A DNA stretch of 56,801 bases from Planctomycetia bacterium. Its GTDB lineage: Bacteria > Planctomycetota > Planctomycetia > Pirellulales > UBA1268. The stretch covers positions 1 through 56,801 of the forward strand of contig JBJTOU010000200.1 in assembly GCA_046074725.1 (NCBI GenBank). The letters run 5' to 3'. Below are positions 28,532 through 37,435 of this stretch, piece by piece. The notes beneath the pieces are model-generated. The model worked only from the letters and a program-made list of their open reading frames with translations, was not told the DNA's origin and searched no databases. Made by a program: the position numbers and the translations under genes. How positions within the stretch are numbered: position 1 is the first letter of the stretch; the number at the start of each line of letters is the position of its first letter.

Positions 28532-30238
28532 ATGATCATCGCACGACGAGCGGCCACGTGCGGCCTGTTGGCAGTCGCCTGCTGGGTGGCAGCGATCCCC
28601 GGCGCCTGTGCCGATCCGCTCCGCAACACCAGGCCTTCCGACACCGCCATGGCTGCGGTCCAGGCGGCCACTCAGGGCGAGGTGGTACTCCTCGACTTCG
28701 CCGCCTCCTGGTGCGGCCCGTGCCGACAGATGGCGCCGATCATCGGTGAAATCACGGCGGCCGGATGGGTGGTGCGGCATGTCGATGTCGACCGTGAACC
28801 GAATCTCGTTAAGCGATTCGGAGTGACCGGGGTTCCCTGCTACGTGCTGCTGGTTCAGGGGGAGGAAGTGGGGCGGGTGAACGGTGCGACGACCCGCGCC
28901 GACCTGGAACACTTGCTGGCCAAGAGCCGCCAACCGCTCGGCCTGCCAGCGGTGCCCGTCGCCGCGGCCCCGGCGGGGCCGACGATTGCTCCCGTCCCCG
29001 GCATCACACTCCCCGCCACCACACCGACCGCCCCACTGGCCACCGAACCGCCCGCCGAACGACAGGCGATCCCCGAGGCGATCGTTCGAGTGCCGTCGCC
29101 GCCGGCCAAGGCGGCCCCCACGGCGACCGCTCGCGAGGCCGTGGCCCCGGCCCGTGCGGAGACCCCGGGCCCGACGCGAGGGACCGATCCGCGGGAACGC
29201 GTCGCATTCGAGCAGAAGCTCCTACAGGCGACCGCGAGATTGCGGGTCGATGATACACAGGGCATGTCGCGGGGCACCGGAACGGTCATCGACTGCAGAC
29301 AGGGCGAGGCACTCATCCTCACCTGCGGCCACATCTTCCGCGACTCGGGCGGCAAGGGGCGAATCGAAGTCGATCTCTTCGGATCCCACGGACCGCGAGG
29401 CGTGGCGGGGCAGCTGGTGGCCTATGACCTGAAGCGTGATCTGGCACTCATCAGCATCTTTACCGATCAGCCGATCGAACCGGTTCGAGTCGGCGGCGCC
29501 GACTGCGACATGAAGGCCGGTGAGCCGGTGGTGACGGTGGGCTGCAACGGCGGGGACGATCCGACGTTTCACTACAGCAGGATCAACGGCACCGACAAGT
29601 ACCTCGGGCCCGCCAACGTGCAAGTCGCCGGGCAGCCGGTCCAAGGCCGCAGCGGCGGCGGCCTCTTCGGCCTCGACGGCACGCTGATCGGTGTCTGCAA
29701 CGCCGCCGATCCGGCCGACAACGAGGGCCTCTTCGCCGCGCTGCCCGCGATTCACGAGCAACTCGACGAGGCGGGGCTGGCGTTCGTCTATCGCAGCGTC
29801 TATCCGAGCGGTGGCGTGGCGGGGGGAGCAGCCGATCACGCCGCCATGCCGTCGATGCCTGAGGAGATGCCGAAGGTGGCATTCGACCGACGCGACCGGG
29901 CCGACGCGGTTCCGACCGCCTCGACGGCGGCCGATCGTACGACGCCCGTCACCGCCGATCCACGAACGGCAATCCAGCAACCGTCTTCGGGGCATCCTTC
30001 AGGGCAGCTCTCCAGCGGCGAGGAGGCGCTGCTGCAGCATGTCCGCCAGCACGAGGGGAAGGCCGAGGTGATCTGCATCGTTCGCCCGCATGGAGCGCCG
30101 CAGGGGGCCAGCGAGGTCTTCGTCCTTCAAAACGCCAGCCGCGAGTTCCTCGACGAACTCTCCCGCACCCACCTCGGTGCGGCCACCCGGCCCGACGAAA
30201 CCACGGCGAGCCTCCCTGCCGCGAAACCGTCGCGATGA
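28532..30238 (+). CDS. Secreted thioredoxin plus trypsin-like serine protease fusion
   Basis: WCGPC thioredoxin, Pro-rich linker, protease triad motifs LTCGH, RDLAL and QGRSGG. Confidence 0.85.
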   Translation: MIIARRAATCGLLAVACWVAAIPGACADPLRNTRPSDTAMAAVQAATQGEVVLLDFAASWCGPCRQMAPIIGEITAAGWVVRHVDVDREPNLVKRFGVTGVPCYVLLVQGEEVGRVNGATTRADLEHLLAKSRQPLGLPAVPVAAAPAGPTIAPVPGITLPATTPTAPLATEPPAERQAIPEAIVRVPSPPAKAAPTATAREAVAPARAETPGPTRGTDPRERVAFEQKLLQATARLRVDDTQGMSRGTGTVIDCRQGEALILTCGHIFRDSGGKGRIEVDLFGSHGPRGVAGQLVAYDLKRDLALISIFTDQPIEPVRVGGADCDMKAGEPVVTVGCNGGDDPTFHYSRINGTDKYLGPANVQVAGQPVQGRSGGGLFGLDGTLIGVCNAADPADNEGLFAALPAIHEQLDEAGLAFVYRSVYPSGGVAGGAADHAAMPSMPEEMPKVAFDRRDRADAVPTASTAADRTTPVTADPRTAIQQPSSGHPSGQLSSGEEALLQHVRQHEGKAEVICIVRPHGAPQGASEVFVLQNASREFLDELSRTHLGAATRPDETTASLPAAKPSR

Positions 30239-30251
30239 TGCCACGCCGACC

Positions 30252-30902
30252 GTGAAACAGCTGCAATACCTGATCCGGCACGGTGAAAGCGTCTCCAACC
30301 TCGAAGGCCGGGTGCAGGGTCAAGAGGACGTCGAGCTTTCCTCGCTCGGCCAACGTCAGGCCGTGGCCGTCGCCTCGTGGAGCATATCCATGTTCCATGG
30401 CGACACCTCGACGATCGAAGAGATCTGGTCGAGCCCCCTTCGCCGCGCCCGGGACACCGCCGCCCCGATCGCGGAAGCCCTCGGACTGCCTCTGAGGATC
30501 GATGATCGGCTGCGCGAACTGCATGCCGGCGTCTTTCAAGGTCATCTCTGGGCCGACCTCGAGTCGCGGTTTCCCGAAGCGGTGGCCCGCTGGCGGAGCG
30601 GCGACGCCGACTATTGCATCCCCGGGGGTGAATCGAGGGCGGCTCTTGCCGCTCGTGGCCGAGAGGCGTTGGAATCGCTCGCGGCTCGTCCGGTGCGGGG
30701 CATGATCGTCGTCGCCCACGGCGGCATCCTCACCGCGGCCCTGGGCAGCCTCGTGGGCCGCACGCATCCCCTGCTCGCCGCCGCGGCCGAGCGGCCGTTC
30801 ACAAAACTCCCCGCGCTCTCCAATGGCTCGATCACGCTGGTCGAGTGGCCCGGGCCGTCGCTCGTGTCGTTCAACGAAACGACCCACCTCGAGAACCGGT
30901 AA
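30252..30902 (+). CDS. Histidine phosphatase (phosphoglycerate mutase family)
   Basis: LIRHGES, SSPLRRARDTA, LRELHAG, PGGES and VVAHGG. GTG start inferred. Confidence 0.92.
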   Translation: MKQLQYLIRHGESVSNLEGRVQGQEDVELSSLGQRQAVAVASWSISMFHGDTSTIEEIWSSPLRRARDTAAPIAEALGLPLRIDDRLRELHAGVFQGHLWADLESRFPEAVARWRSGDADYCIPGGESRAALAARGREALESLAARPVRGMIVVAHGGILTAALGSLVGRTHPLLAAAAERPFTKLPALSNGSITLVEWPGPSLVSFNETTHLENR

Positions 30903-30920
30903 TGTCGAGTTATCCGTCGA

Positions 30921-31060
30921 GCCAGGGGCTGCCCGTGCCCCGAGAGCCGGCGTTTCTGACAAGCGTAGGCAGGGATGCCGGAGCGCAGTCAGCATCGAGG
31001 GAACGAAGGCCTGGAGGGCCGTAGTGAACGTCCGGCGACGGGGCACGGGCAGCCCCTGGC
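30921..31060 (+). ncRNA. Structured dispersed element, copy 3
   Basis: Perfect 22-bp terminal inverted repeat (30921-30942/31039-31060), inner CTGAC/GTCAG, hairpins GGCA-GGGA-TGCC and GGCC-TGGAG-GGCC. Confidence 0.72.
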
Positions 31061-31157
31061 GGAGGGTCACATCAGGCCGATTCCATTCCGAATCGACCTG
31101 TCGGGCTCTTCCGTGCCACCGGTAGACTACGCATGACGCCTCAGGAATCTCCCTCGC

Positions 31158-32090
31158 ATGCCCCGCCCCGCTCCGATCATCGTCGGCATGCTGCTGGTGG
31201 CCGCATGCGCGCGGGCCGATGAGCCATCGCCGAAGGAAGACTTTTCGGGCGCCCGCGCGATGGCGCATCTGGAGGCGATCTGCGATCTTGGGCCCCGGCC
31301 GAGCGGTTCGCCCGGCATGGATGCCCAACGGGCGATGCTGGTGAAGCATTTCCGTGCCGCCGGCGCCACGGTCACCGGGCAGGCCTTCACGTCGCGCGAC
31401 CGTCGGACGGGCGAGCCCGTGCACATGGAGAACCTCGTCATCACATGGCACCAAGACCGTCGGGATCGCGTGCTCGTGGGCGCCCATTATGACACGCGTC
31501 CATACCCTGACCGCGACCCCGTCGATCCCAAAGGCCACTTCCTCGGGGCCAACGACGGCGCCAGCGGCGTAGCGGCCCTCATGGAACTCGGCCGCTTCAT
31601 GCCGGGGCTGCCGGGGCCGACAGGAGTCGACTTCATCCTTTTCGATGCCGAGGAATATGTCTTCGGCCCCCGCGATCCCTACTGCCTCGGATCGACCTTT
31701 TTTGCTCGACAGTATGCCGCCGACCGGCGTGCCGATCCGTCGCTGCATCGCTACCGCGCCGGCGTGATCCTCGACATGGTGGCCGACAAGGATCTGCAGA
31801 TCTGGCAGGAGCAGCAGAGCGCGACCTGGGCCGACACGCAACCGGTGGTGGACGCGATCTGGGGGGTTGCCGCGCGGCTCGGCGCACGAGAGTTCGTGCC
31901 CCGACCGAAGTACACGGTTCAAGACGACCATGTGCCGCTTCGCATGATCGCAGGAATCCCAACCTGCGACATCATCGACTTCGACTACCCGGCATGGCAC
32001 ACGACCAACGACATCCCGGCCAGCTGCTCCGCGGAATCACTGGAAACGGTGGGGCGGGTCGTTCTGGCATGGCTTCGCGAACAGCGGTGA
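31158..32090 (+). CDS. M28 family metalloenzyme, glutaminyl-peptide cyclotransferase-like
   Basis: GAHYDTRP, GANDGASG, FDAEE, LDMV, DDHVP and WHTTND motifs. Signal peptide with possible lipobox VAAC. Confidence 0.85.
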   Translation: MPRPAPIIVGMLLVAACARADEPSPKEDFSGARAMAHLEAICDLGPRPSGSPGMDAQRAMLVKHFRAAGATVTGQAFTSRDRRTGEPVHMENLVITWHQDRRDRVLVGAHYDTRPYPDRDPVDPKGHFLGANDGASGVAALMELGRFMPGLPGPTGVDFILFDAEEYVFGPRDPYCLGSTFFARQYAADRRADPSLHRYRAGVILDMVADKDLQIWQEQQSATWADTQPVVDAIWGVAARLGAREFVPRPKYTVQDDHVPLRMIAGIPTCDIIDFDYPAWHTTNDIPASCSAESLETVGRVVLAWLREQR

Positions 32091-32093
32091 GCA

Positions 32094-32381
32094 ATGACCG
32101 GGCACGAATCGAGCCAGGGTGGGCCGAACGCCGCACGGCGAGTGCCCGTGGTGGCGCCCGATCTGGGCATCGGCGGCAGGGTGACCGTCTCGCTGTGGCT
32201 CGTGCCCGTCGGCACCCGTGTGCTCGAGGGTGATCGGATCGTGGAACTTCTCGCCGGCGCCGCGACCATCGATCTGGAAGCGCCGGTCGCAGGCACCCTC
32301 GTGACCCAGCGCGTCGAGGAAGACGACGCGGTGCAGCCCGGCGCCGTGCTCGCGGACATCGAGCCCGTGGAGGGGGCGTGA
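32094..32381 (+). CDS. Stand-alone biotin/lipoyl-attachment domain lacking the acceptor lysine
   Basis: WLVPVGTRVLEGDRIVEL-LAGAA-TIDLEAPVAGTL...VQPGAVLADI. There is no Lys anywhere in the 95 aa. Confidence 0.85.
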   Translation: MTGHESSQGGPNAARRVPVVAPDLGIGGRVTVSLWLVPVGTRVLEGDRIVELLAGAATIDLEAPVAGTLVTQRVEEDDAVQPGAVLADIEPVEGA

Positions 32382-34066
32382 GCATCCCGTTCGTGTGCCG
32401 CCAAGACGATGGGTCGTCGCTCGATGGTCGGCGGCTCTGGTTCCTCGCGTTGGCCGGCGCGATGGCAATGTTTCTCGCGCAGCCTCCCGCCGACCTGTGG
32501 CCGCTGGCGTGGCTGGCGCCGGTGCCGTGGCTGGCGATCATCGTCCCATCGACGCTCGCATCGCCCCGACCGTGGCGGGCGCTCTGGACCGCCGGCTTCG
32601 TGCACTGGCTGCTCACGATCCACTGGCTTCGGCTTCCCCATCCGGCGACTGCGATCGGATGGGTCGCGCTGTCGGCCTATCTGGCCTGCTTCGTGCCGCT
32701 TTTCATCTGGGTGGCTCGCACGCTTCTGCACCGGTGGCGGTGGCCCCTGGTAGCCGCGGCGCCGCTTGCCTGGATCAGCTGCGAGCAGCTGCGTGGCAGC
32801 CTGCTCGGCGGATTCACCTTCGGCGGGCTCGGCCATACGCAGTGGCGATGGACGACGTTCGTCCAGGCGGCCGACCTGTTCGGCGCGGTCGGCGTGAGCG
32901 GCGTCGTCATGCTGGTCGCGGCGGCGGTCGGATCCCGGTCGGCCCGTCAGGCCGCCGTCGCGGCGACCGTGGTGGCGGCGACGCTCGGCTATGGCGCGTG
33001 GCGGCTTGCCGGCGAGCCCTCGCCCGTCGGCACGCCGCTCGACGTGCTGCTCGTCCAGGGATCGATCGACACAGAGCTCAAGCATGATCCTGCGGCGGCA
33101 GGAGACGTGGCGAACCAATACGACGAACTGACGATCGCCGGGCTGAAGGCGACGCCGCACGAGACGCCCGATCTGATCGTCTGGCCCGAGACGATGTGGC
33201 GATGGGGTCTTCTTGCGATCGATCCGGACGAGCATCTGCCGGAGGATGTGGTCGAGCGTATGGTCGGCCCGCGCGGAGAACGTACCGGCCCGTCGGTGGA
33301 CGATGAGCGGCAACGACTCTCTCGGGAGGCGCTCGAGGCGGAGCGGCTGGCAGCCCTGGCCGTCTTCGCCAGGCGCTATGGCACCCACTGGCTCGTCGGC
33401 GTCGATCGGCAGGAGATCACACCGCGGGCCCCATCGGGCGCCTTCCACTACAACTGCGGACTGTTCCTCGATGCCGACGGGGTCCCGATGGCCCGCTATG
33501 ACAAGATGCACCCCGTGATGTTCGGCGAATACATCCCGTTGGCAAACCGTTTTCCATGGCTTTATTCGCTCACTCCGCTGCCGGCCGGCCTCACGGCCGG
33601 CACGCACCCTGTCGCGGTACCGATCGCCGGTCACCGGGCGGCCGCTACCATTTGCTACGAAACGGCGCTGCCCGACGCGGTGCGGTCGATGGTCCGCCGC
33701 CTGGCCGGGGCCGGCAGCCGCCCCGACGTGATCGTAAATCTCACCAACGACGGTTGGTTCTGGGGATCGAGCGAACTCGACATGCACCTGACGGCCGCGG
33801 TCTTCCGGGCCATCGAGGTCCGCACACCTTTGGTGATCGCAGCCAACACCGGTTTTTCAGCGTGGATCGACGGCTGTGGCCGGTTGCTGGCCTGCGGCCC
33901 AAGGCGGTCCACCGCGACGCTCCGGGCCCGAGTGCGGCCCGATGGCCGTCCCACAGCATGGCTGGCCTGGGGGAGTCTGCCGAATTGGGGATGTGTCGCG
34001 GTTGCGGCATGTATCATGATATGGGACAGACGTCGGGTTGTCGGGGCCTCCCGGCACATGGGTTGA
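32378..34066 (+). CDS. lnt: Apolipoprotein N-acyltransferase
   Basis: N-terminal TMs, nitrilase triad WPE / YDK / ICYE, NLTNDGWF and ANTGFS. Confidence 0.95.
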   Translation: MSIPFVCRQDDGSSLDGRRLWFLALAGAMAMFLAQPPADLWPLAWLAPVPWLAIIVPSTLASPRPWRALWTAGFVHWLLTIHWLRLPHPATAIGWVALSAYLACFVPLFIWVARTLLHRWRWPLVAAAPLAWISCEQLRGSLLGGFTFGGLGHTQWRWTTFVQAADLFGAVGVSGVVMLVAAAVGSRSARQAAVAATVVAATLGYGAWRLAGEPSPVGTPLDVLLVQGSIDTELKHDPAAAGDVANQYDELTIAGLKATPHETPDLIVWPETMWRWGLLAIDPDEHLPEDVVERMVGPRGERTGPSVDDERQRLSREALEAERLAALAVFARRYGTHWLVGVDRQEITPRAPSGAFHYNCGLFLDADGVPMARYDKMHPVMFGEYIPLANRFPWLYSLTPLPAGLTAGTHPVAVPIAGHRAAATICYETALPDAVRSMVRRLAGAGSRPDVIVNLTNDGWFWGSSELDMHLTAAVFRAIEVRTPLVIAANTGFSAWIDGCGRLLACGPRRSTATLRARVRPDGRPTAWLAWGSLPNWGCVAVAACIMIWDRRRVVGASRHMG

Positions 34067-34119
34067 GTCGCGTCAACCCGCCGACCGATCACCAAAGAGT
34101 TCGGGTACAAGAGTGGGCG

Positions 34120-34947
34120 ATGAATAACATCGGCAAAATCTTCGTGTTCGCGGTGTTCATCATGAGCCTCGTGTTCATGACTTTCGCGATCGCCATCTTT
34201 GCCTCTCACACCAATTGGAAGACGGAATCGGAACGGCTGGCGAAGGTGCTCGAGGAGGAAAAGGGCAAACGCGGCAAGCTCGTCGAGGAGATCAATCGGC
34301 TCTCGACGGACGTGTCGACGTCGGAGGCAGAACGCGACCAGGTGGCCGCCAAGTTGCAATACGCGCTCAACGAGCAGATGGGCGAACTCGAGACCCTGCG
34401 GAAGGAAAAGGAAGACTTCGAAAAGAAGCAGCAGGCGGCGATCGCCGAGGCCTCGACCGCCAGCGCCGCGCTCGAGCGGGCGACGGCGACCATCAAGGAA
34501 CTCCGTGAGGAGATTCGCACCATGCGATTGAAGGTCGACGAGGAAATCGAGGGAGCCGTGAAACTCGCCGCGACGCTCCATGAGAAGCAATCGACCCTGG
34601 CCATCGTCGAGGAGCGGAAGGCGCAACTGGAGAAGCAGCTTGCCAACGCACGGATGCTCCTCAAGCAGAGCGGCCTCGCCGTGGAAAGCCTTCCCCGTGA
34701 CCAGGTGCCGACGATCGACGGCGTGGTCATGGCGGTGGCCGACGGGTCGGTCGAGGTCTCGCTTGGCGGCGACGACGGCCTGCAACTGGGCCATGTGCTG
34801 GAACTGTACCGTGCCGACTCCTATCTCGGCCGTGCGGTCGTGAAGGCCGTGAAACCGGATCGTGCGGTGGCCGTGCTCGTCAAGGAATACGCCCGGGGCG
34901 CCGTGCAGCGCGGCGACCGCGTCACCACCCGTCTGAAACCGGCCTGA
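34120..34947 (+). CDS. Membrane-anchored coiled-coil protein with C-terminal beta domain
   Basis: N-terminal TM, ~150-aa coiled coil, VEVSLGGDDGLQLGH..L.R...YLGR...GDRV domain. Confidence 0.8.
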   Translation: MNNIGKIFVFAVFIMSLVFMTFAIAIFASHTNWKTESERLAKVLEEEKGKRGKLVEEINRLSTDVSTSEAERDQVAAKLQYALNEQMGELETLRKEKEDFEKKQQAAIAEASTASAALERATATIKELREEIRTMRLKVDEEIEGAVKLAATLHEKQSTLAIVEERKAQLEKQLANARMLLKQSGLAVESLPRDQVPTIDGVVMAVADGSVEVSLGGDDGLQLGHVLELYRADSYLGRAVVKAVKPDRAVAVLVKEYARGAVQRGDRVTTRLKPA

Positions 34948-34983
34948 TCGGCACGCTGTCCCGGCCCCGTGAAGCAGCCATCC

Positions 34984-35139
34984 ATGAGTGACGATTCCAA
35001 GCCCGCCGCCGACCGTCGCCGACCGCCGATGAACGTCTACACCGCGATGCTTGCGATGTCGTTCGTGGCCATGACGATCGCCTGCGTGATCCTCGCGATC
35101 GACCTGTTTGCCAAGGATCGCCTGCCGCTCAAGCCGTAG
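34984..35139 (+). CDS. 51-aa single-TM small protein (absent from the ORF track)
   Basis: Hand translation: MSDDSKPAADRRRPPMNVYTAMLAMSFVAMTIACVILAIDLFAKDRLPLKP*. GC-rich third codon positions; fills the gap in a co-oriented run. Confidence 0.75.
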   Translation: MSDDSKPAADRRRPPMNVYTAMLAMSFVAMTIACVILAIDLFAKDRLPLKP

Positions 35140-35153
35140 GTGGCCTTCCCGAG

Positions 35154-35933
35154 ATGCTCTCCTGGCTTCGGAAACGGCGGCGACGGGCGATTCGCGAACG
35201 CCCCGTCCCCGCGGCCTGGGATGACCTGCTTCGCCGGAATGTCCGCCAGACCTCGTGGCTCGGCGACCATGAACGTCAGCAGTTGCGTGAATGGATCGCC
35301 GTGTTCATCGAAGAGAAATCGTTCGAAGGCTGTGGCGGTATGGAGATCTCCGACGAGGTCCGCCTGACGGTCGCGGCGCAAGCCGGCCTTCTCGCGTTGG
35401 GGCTCGGTGAGGAATACTTTGATCGCGTCCGATCCGTGCTCGTCTATCCGGGCGACTATCTCGTGCCCCGATCGACGCCGCTGGCGGGCGGAGGGGAGCT
35501 CGAATGGCAGGAGGCGCGGCTCGGTGAGACATGGTCGGGGGGCAGTGTCGTCCTCTCGTGGCCGCGAGTCGTCGAAGGAGGCCGGCTTCGCGACGGACCG
35601 AGAAGCGTGGTGATCCACGAGTTCGCCCATGTCATCGACATGCTCGATGGCGAGATCGACGGTGTGCCACCGCTCGCCCAGGGCCGCCGGTCATGGGCGG
35701 CCGATATGGCGGCCTGTCGGGGGCGGTTCGAGGCGGCGCTCGACGACGGTCGATTCGTGCCACTCGACGAATATGCCGCGGAGGGACCGGGCGAGTTTTT
35801 CGCCGTCGCGACCGAGTGCTTCTTTCAGGATCCACACCGCCTGGCCCGTGGCGACGGCATGCTCTACGACCTTCTTCGCGCCGCATGGCAACAGGATCCG
35901 AAGGCCCGTGTGCCGACGCATCCCGCCCGGTGA
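35154..35933 (+). CDS. mtfA: MtfA/peptidase M90 family zinc protein
   Basis: EKSFEGCGG, LGETWSGGSVVLSW, VIHEFAH, YAA...EFFAVATECFF. Confidence 0.9.
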   Translation: MLSWLRKRRRRAIRERPVPAAWDDLLRRNVRQTSWLGDHERQQLREWIAVFIEEKSFEGCGGMEISDEVRLTVAAQAGLLALGLGEEYFDRVRSVLVYPGDYLVPRSTPLAGGGELEWQEARLGETWSGGSVVLSWPRVVEGGRLRDGPRSVVIHEFAHVIDMLDGEIDGVPPLAQGRRSWAADMAACRGRFEAALDDGRFVPLDEYAAEGPGEFFAVATECFFQDPHRLARGDGMLYDLLRAAWQQDPKARVPTHPAR

Positions 35934-35952
35934 CGGTCCGCCCTGGGCGGCT

Positions 35953-37245
35953 TCATGGCCCGGGCATCGCCGGTGCTTCAGCGGCCTCGGGGCCCGCGGG
36001 AGTCGGCGTGCCGTCGCTGCGCGGTGCCAACGAGGCCACGATTCCTCCGGGGGAGGCCAGCACGAGGCGATCCGACGCGGCGTTGACGACCGGCAGCCCA
36101 AAGGGACCAAGGCAGAATTGCTGCAGACTCCGACCGTCGGCGGGATCGAGCGTGACGAGTCGCCCCATGGCATCGATGCACCACAGCCGTTGCGACGTGA
36201 TCGTGAGCAGTCGAATCTGCTGCTCGTGCATCCAGAGCCGCGTGCCGTCCTCGGCGGAGAGGCCGGCCAGCCCTCCGGTGGACAGTGGCACAAGCAGCGT
36301 GTCACCCGCGATGCGCACGTCTCCGACCACGGAATCGCCCAGTGGCGCCCGCCACCGATAGACGAGGCCGGTCGGCAGCAGCTCAATGCGGATGACATCC
36401 CCCGCCGACCTTCCCGCATTCGTCGCGGCGAAGATCGTCTTGTCACGGATCAACAGGCCGCCGGCCGGTGGCCTTCCGAGATCAAACTCATCCCGCTGCC
36501 ATTCGGGCTGAGCCGGAAGGAGGGCGGTGATCAGTCCGTCGGTCGTGCACCACAGCACGCCGCGCTGAAACGGCACCGGCGCCATTTCGACGCGACCGCT
36601 GGCACTGATGGAGAGGGGCTTGATCCGTTCCTCGAACGTCAATGACCGGGGTGGTGCCAACGGGACAGGTTTGGCTTTCTTGCCCTTCGTGGCGGGCGGG
36701 GGTATGTCCTGAGCGGCGCGGTATGGATTGACCGCCCATCGGATCAGCCGACCTCCCTCGACCGGAAGATACACCCAGTCCCCCGACACGACGGGTGCCG
36801 CGGTTGGGGGGTGAGACAGCGGCTCCTGCCACAGCGTGCGGCCGGTCTGGGCATCGATCGCGAACGCATGAAGGGGGCCGGCGACGACCACGATCCCACT
36901 GCCCATGGCGGGAGTGAGGAGCGTTCCCTCCGCACGACCAAAGTGCCGCGACCAGAGCAGCGTGCCCGGCATTGGCTGGCCAGGCACGGAGGCGCCGGTG
37001 GCGACGCCGTGCAGGCTCCCGTCCCCCGCCGCGGCCACGACGATGCCTTCGCCCACCGCAATCCGTTCCAGCCGCGATGCCGCCGAGTCGAATGGCAACT
37101 GCACGACCCACTCCCGTCGCAATCCCACCTCCTCGGCGACGAAGGCGTCGGCGAGGGTGCCACAGACCTGGCCGCAGGAAGTCCCTGCCGCCGAGACCAT
37201 GGCGAGGGCCGCGATGACGGCGCGGGGTGCGGCAGGGTATCGCAT
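35953..37245 (-). CDS. Secreted PQQ-like (BamB-type) beta-propeller protein
   Basis: Signal peptide and repeats AIDAQTGRTLWQ, GLSAEDGTRLW, TLDPADGR. Confidence 0.8.
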   Translation of the reverse strand: MRYPAAPRAVIAALAMVSAAGTSCGQVCGTLADAFVAEEVGLRREWVVQLPFDSAASRLERIAVGEGIVVAAAGDGSLHGVATGASVPGQPMPGTLLWSRHFGRAEGTLLTPAMGSGIVVVAGPLHAFAIDAQTGRTLWQEPLSHPPTAAPVVSGDWVYLPVEGGRLIRWAVNPYRAAQDIPPPATKGKKAKPVPLAPPRSLTFEERIKPLSISASGRVEMAPVPFQRGVLWCTTDGLITALLPAQPEWQRDEFDLGRPPAGGLLIRDKTIFAATNAGRSAGDVIRIELLPTGLVYRWRAPLGDSVVGDVRIAGDTLLVPLSTGGLAGLSAEDGTRLWMHEQQIRLLTITSQRLWCIDAMGRLVTLDPADGRSLQQFCLGPFGLPVVNAASDRLVLASPGGIVASLAPRSDGTPTPAGPEAAEAPAMPGP

Positions 37246-37435
37246 CGGTTCCAACTCTCCAAAAGCTGCCGGCCCAGTTCCCGGGATCGTGACGCACCTG
37301 CTCGTCAGACGCGCGATTTCCCCGTGTCTGGGGTGCCCGCCCGAAAAAGCCGGGCCGGTCACACTCTCTGGTCAAAGATAGATCGTGGTTGCGTGCACGC
37401 AATACGCCCGGACTTGCGGTAGGATCGTGCGGGAC

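Noticed and set aside
30921-31060. Perfect 22-bp inverted repeat as IS ends
   Set aside because: No transposase and no evident target-site duplication. The interior covaries like structured RNA, so it is reported with the GGA family; a MITE origin is not excluded.
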